From NCBI GenBank assembly GCA_964429235.1, contig CAYSAQ010000001.1, positions 266,045-330,044 on the forward strand: DNA of 64,000 nt, given 5' to 3'. Positions 60,718 through 64,000 of the stretch are shown one piece after another. The first letter of the stretch is position 1. The number at the start of each line of letters is the position of its first letter. The DNA is from an uncultured Candidatus Marinamargulisbacteria bacterium. GTDB taxonomy: Bacteria; Margulisbacteria; Riflemargulisbacteria; GWF2-35-9; DYQY01. The translations under genes were made by a program, and so were the position numbers. The notes beneath the pieces are model-generated. The model searched no databases. It was not told where the DNA came from and saw only the letters and a program-made list of their open reading frames with translations.

Positions 60718-63700
60718 TTATAGTCTGTCGATCTCTTCGTTATCTTCGTTCAACAATTTAAGATCAAGGGCAATACTTCTAAGTTCTCTTACAAGTACTT
60801 TAAAGGACTCTGGAACACCCAATCTCTGGATAGTTCTACCTTTAATAATAGACTCGTATGCTTTTGCCCTACCTGTAACATCATCTGACTTAATAGTTAG
60901 CATCTCTTGTAATACGTGAGCTGCACCATAAGCTTCTAATGCCCAAACTTCCATTTCTCCAAATCTCTGACCACCAAATTGTGCTTTACCACCTAATGGC
61001 TGTTGTGTAACTAATGAGTATGGACCTGTAGATCTTGCGTGAATCTTATCATCAACTTGGTGAATCAACTTCAACATGTACATATATCCGCAGAATACTG
61101 GTCTTTCAAAAAATGTACCACTTCTACCATCTTTTAGATTTACCTTACCTGTATTGTCTAACCACTCGAAACCTTCTACTTTTGCTGCTTTTTGGATTTC
61201 TACTTCGATAGAGTTTAATGAATTTTCTTCACCAAGAACCTCATCGAATGGGTTAACCTCATAATAAGTCTTTAATGGATGAGCTGCAGTACCTAATAAA
61301 GTCTCATATATCTGTCCAACGTTCATACGAGAAGGAACACCCAATGGGTTTAATACCATATCAACAGGAGTTCCGTCTGGAAGCATTGGCATATCTTCTA
61401 ATGGTAAGATTTTTGAAATAACACCTTTGTTACCGTGTCGTCCTGCAACCTTATCACCAATCTGAATTTTTCTTAAGTGACCAACATAGATTCTTACAAT
61501 CTTAAGTACTCCTGGAGGCAAGTTATCTTTGTTGTCTTTAGAAAAGATTTTAATTTTGATAATCTTTCCATATTCACCTGGAGATACTCTTAATGAAGTA
61601 TCTTTCATATCTCTTGCTTTCTCACCAAAGATAGCTCTAAGTAGCTTTTCTTCAGCAGGTGGCTCTGATTCTCCCTTTGGAGTAACTTTACCAACAAGGA
61701 TATCGCCTGGCTTGATTTCTGAACCGACTCGAATAATACCTTCGTCATCAAGCTGACTTAATAATTCCTCAGAAACATTTGCTACTTCTCTAGTAAGCTC
61801 TTCGTTTCCAAGCTTAGTTGTTCTTACTTCTACTTCAAACTTAGAAATATGAACTGTAGTAAATATATCTTCTTTAACTAGTCTTTCACTTATAAGAACT
61901 GAATCCTCAAAGTTTAAACCTTCCCATGGCATGAAAGCTATAAGTAAGTTTCTACCTAATGCTAACTCTCCATCTTTTGCAGATGCGCCATCAGCAAGTA
62001 CGTCTCCGTCCTTAACTTTCTGTCCAATTGAAATAATAGGTCTTTGGTTAACCCAAGTACCTTGGTTACTTTTTTGGAATTTCAATAATTTGTAAGTTTT
62101 TAACTTATTTCCTTTTTCCTTAACAATAACTTTTTTTGAATCAACATATGTTACTGTTCCGTCAGCTTCTGCTAAGCATAGAGAACCAGCATATCTTGCG
62201 ATATCGCTCTCTAAACCAGTACCAACATAAGCTCTTTCTGGCTTAATTAATGGAGTTGCCTGACGTTGCATGTTTGAACCCATCAAGGCTCTGTTCGCAT
62301 CGTTATGCTCTAAGAAAGGAATCAAACCAGTTGAAATACCAAACATCTGTCTTGGTGAGACACCAATATAATCAACATCTTCTCTTTTTGCATAAACAAA
62401 TTCTTTTCTAAATCTTACAGGAACTTTATCTTCTACTATAATGTTGTCTTCAACCATTATGTCAAAAGGAGCAATCTTGTAGTAATCTTCAAGGTCAGCT
62501 GTTAAATAAACTACCTTAGTTGAAACTTTACCTTTTGTTACCTTAAGGTAAGGAGTTTCAATAAATCCGAATCTATTAGTCCTAGCAAATAATGCTAAAG
62601 GACCAATCAAACCTGCGTTCTGTCCCTCAGGAGTTTCTACAACACAAATTCTACCGTAGTGAGATGGGTGAATATCACGAACCTCAAAACCAGCTCTTTC
62701 TTTTGTTAAACCACCAGGGCCTAAGGCTGAAAGTCTTCTTCTGTGTGTAAGTTCTGCAAGTGGATTAGTTTGATCCATAAACTGTGAAAGCTGTGATGTT
62801 CCAAAGAACTCTCTCATTACAGCCATAAGTGGTCTGATATTGATTAGTTTTTGTGGAACTATCTGATCTGGCTCATTAACAGTCATCTGCTCATTTACTA
62901 GTCTTTCTAATCTTGCTAAACCAACTCTAAGTTGTTTTTGCATTAGTTCACCAGCACAACGAACTCTTCTATTACCTAAGTGATCGATATCATCGGTTAG
63001 ACCTTCGCCTGCAACCAAATTACAAATCTCATTTACTACAGCATAAATATCTTCTTCTGTAAGTAAAACTTCATTCTCATCTACTTTAAGGCTAAGTCTG
63101 TTATTCATCTTATAACGACCAACTTTTCCTAAGTCATAAGTCTTATTAGTAAAAAACAATCCTTTAACCAAGTTATTAGCCGCATCTTTGTTAAATGGGT
63201 CACCTGGTTTAAGTCTATAATATACTTCTCTGATAGCATCTTCTGGATTACTGATACCACCACTTTTTTCGATTGTTTTTTTCAGTAAGTCTTTATTTTT
63301 AATTTTCTTTAACATTGTCTTTTCATCTATTCCTAATGCTCCAAGGAATACATTAAGAGGCAATTTTCTAACTTTGTTAATATGAACAAATAAATGACCT
63401 AATTTATCAGTTTCTACTTCTAACCATGCACCTCTATTAGGTATAACAGTGGCATGAAATGTGATAAATCCTTGTTTATCTTTCTTTTCTTTGAAATATA
63501 CACCTGGAGAACGAACAAACTGACTAACGATAACTCGTTCAGCTCCGTTAATTAAGAATGTGCCTTTTTTAGTCATTACAGGAATATTTCCCATATATAC
63601 TTCTTGTTCTTTAACTTCTCCGGTCTCTTTATCTAATAACCTTACTTTACATCTTAACGGTGCAGAGTAAGTAAGTTCTCTTTCTTTACACTCTTCCAGA

Positions 63701-63924
63701 TCGAAATCTGGCTTATCTACTTTATAATCATCTAAAAATTCTAACTCTAATCTGTTACCAAATCCTTTTATTGGAGAGATAGCACTTAGTTCTTCTTTGA
63801 TTCCTCTGTTAACAAAGTCCGCAAATGAATCTGTTTGCAAGCTTACAAGATCAGGGATCTCGATTTTATCAATAACTTTTGACTGGTATAAATTTTCTCT
63901 TGGAGCAATTGTTTTGGTAGCCAC
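60718..63924 (-). CDS. rpoB: DNA-directed RNA polymerase subunit beta
   Basis: 1068 aa with a GTG start preceded by AGAGGTGA. Motifs include GPGGLTKERAGFEVRD, NMQRQA and GDKVAGRHGNKGV. Confidence 0.98.
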   Translation of the reverse strand: MATKTIAPRENLYQSKVIDKIEIPDLVSLQTDSFADFVNRGIKEELSAISPIKGFGNRLELEFLDDYKVDKPDFDLEECKERELTYSAPLRCKVRLLDKETGEVKEQEVYMGNIPVMTKKGTFLINGAERVIVSQFVRSPGVYFKEKKDKQGFITFHATVIPNRGAWLEVETDKLGHLFVHINKVRKLPLNVFLGALGIDEKTMLKKIKNKDLLKKTIEKSGGISNPEDAIREVYYRLKPGDPFNKDAANNLVKGLFFTNKTYDLGKVGRYKMNNRLSLKVDENEVLLTEEDIYAVVNEICNLVAGEGLTDDIDHLGNRRVRCAGELMQKQLRVGLARLERLVNEQMTVNEPDQIVPQKLINIRPLMAVMREFFGTSQLSQFMDQTNPLAELTHRRRLSALGPGGLTKERAGFEVRDIHPSHYGRICVVETPEGQNAGLIGPLALFARTNRFGFIETPYLKVTKGKVSTKVVYLTADLEDYYKIAPFDIMVEDNIIVEDKVPVRFRKEFVYAKREDVDYIGVSPRQMFGISTGLIPFLEHNDANRALMGSNMQRQATPLIKPERAYVGTGLESDIARYAGSLCLAEADGTVTYVDSKKVIVKEKGNKLKTYKLLKFQKSNQGTWVNQRPIISIGQKVKDGDVLADGASAKDGELALGRNLLIAFMPWEGLNFEDSVLISERLVKEDIFTTVHISKFEVEVRTTKLGNEELTREVANVSEELLSQLDDEGIIRVGSEIKPGDILVGKVTPKGESEPPAEEKLLRAIFGEKARDMKDTSLRVSPGEYGKIIKIKIFSKDNKDNLPPGVLKIVRIYVGHLRKIQIGDKVAGRHGNKGVISKILPLEDMPMLPDGTPVDMVLNPLGVPSRMNVGQIYETLLGTAAHPLKTYYEVNPFDEVLGEENSLNSIEVEIQKAAKVEGFEWLDNTGKVNLKDGRSGTFFERPVFCGYMYMLKLIHQVDDKIHARSTGPYSLVTQQPLGGKAQFGGQRFGEMEVWALEAYGAAHVLQEMLTIKSDDVTGRAKAYESIIKGRTIQRLGVPESFKVLVRELRSIALDLKLLNEDNEEIDRL

Positions 63925-64000
63925 TAATAAATCACCTCTTATATTAAATTTATTGAGGAGATAATACTATTACCTCCCCAATATATTCGTTTCAAAACTT

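Noticed and set aside
63957-63977. 9-bp hairpin (ggagataat-act-attacctcc, with a G-U pair on the minus-strand RNA) upstream of rpoB, reminiscent of an rplL-rpoB attenuator.
   Set aside because: No U-tract follows the stem, and the element lies 23 nt from the window edge, so the upstream context is not visible.
1-64000. Search for tRNA, rRNA, CRISPR arrays, transposases, integrases and IS inverted repeats.
   Set aside because: I saw no cloverleaf-like GTTC.A..C arms, no regularly spaced direct repeats, and no recombinase or transposase-like ORF. This was manual reading only, so tRNAscan-SE, Infernal and ISEScan should confirm it.

Overview
Visibly AT-rich bacterial chromosome segment (composition not computed) with about 70 tightly packed genes, almost all on the minus strand. 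I found no tRNA, rRNA, CRISPR array, transposase or integrase. From about 15 kb to 64 kb the content is conserved core. It holds rpoB-rpoC, the str operon (rpsL-rpsG-fusA-tuf) and a complete S10-spc-alpha ribosomal cluster with secY, adk, infA and rpmJ but no L30 gene. It continues through truA-rplM-rpsI into housekeeping genes: serA-like dehydrogenase, histidine kinase, queA, two tandem pgi paralogs, thrC, an AsnC regulator with an aminotransferase, apgM, rseP, split transketolase, ftsEX, a PpiC-type chaperone, and a plus-strand DUF1015-mgtE-nucleosidase-like operon. The left edge carries murC (partial), murB and glyS. The one clear accessory region is a 10.6-kb, single-strand Type I restriction-modification island (3920..14538) with an unusual layout. 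A half-size hsdS and hsdM form a first unit with a consensus, apparently leaderless promoter. A terminator-like hairpin follows, then a second, overlap-coupled string: Abi_2-like, TIR-domain protein, single-pass membrane protein, full-length hsdS, DinD-like, hsdR, YgjP-like HExxH hydrolase. The TIR plus membrane-protein pair is my best candidate for an undescribed defence module. The TIR C-terminal domain and the whole membrane protein match nothing I recognise. All functional calls rest on motif or sequence recognition by eye; no database search was run.
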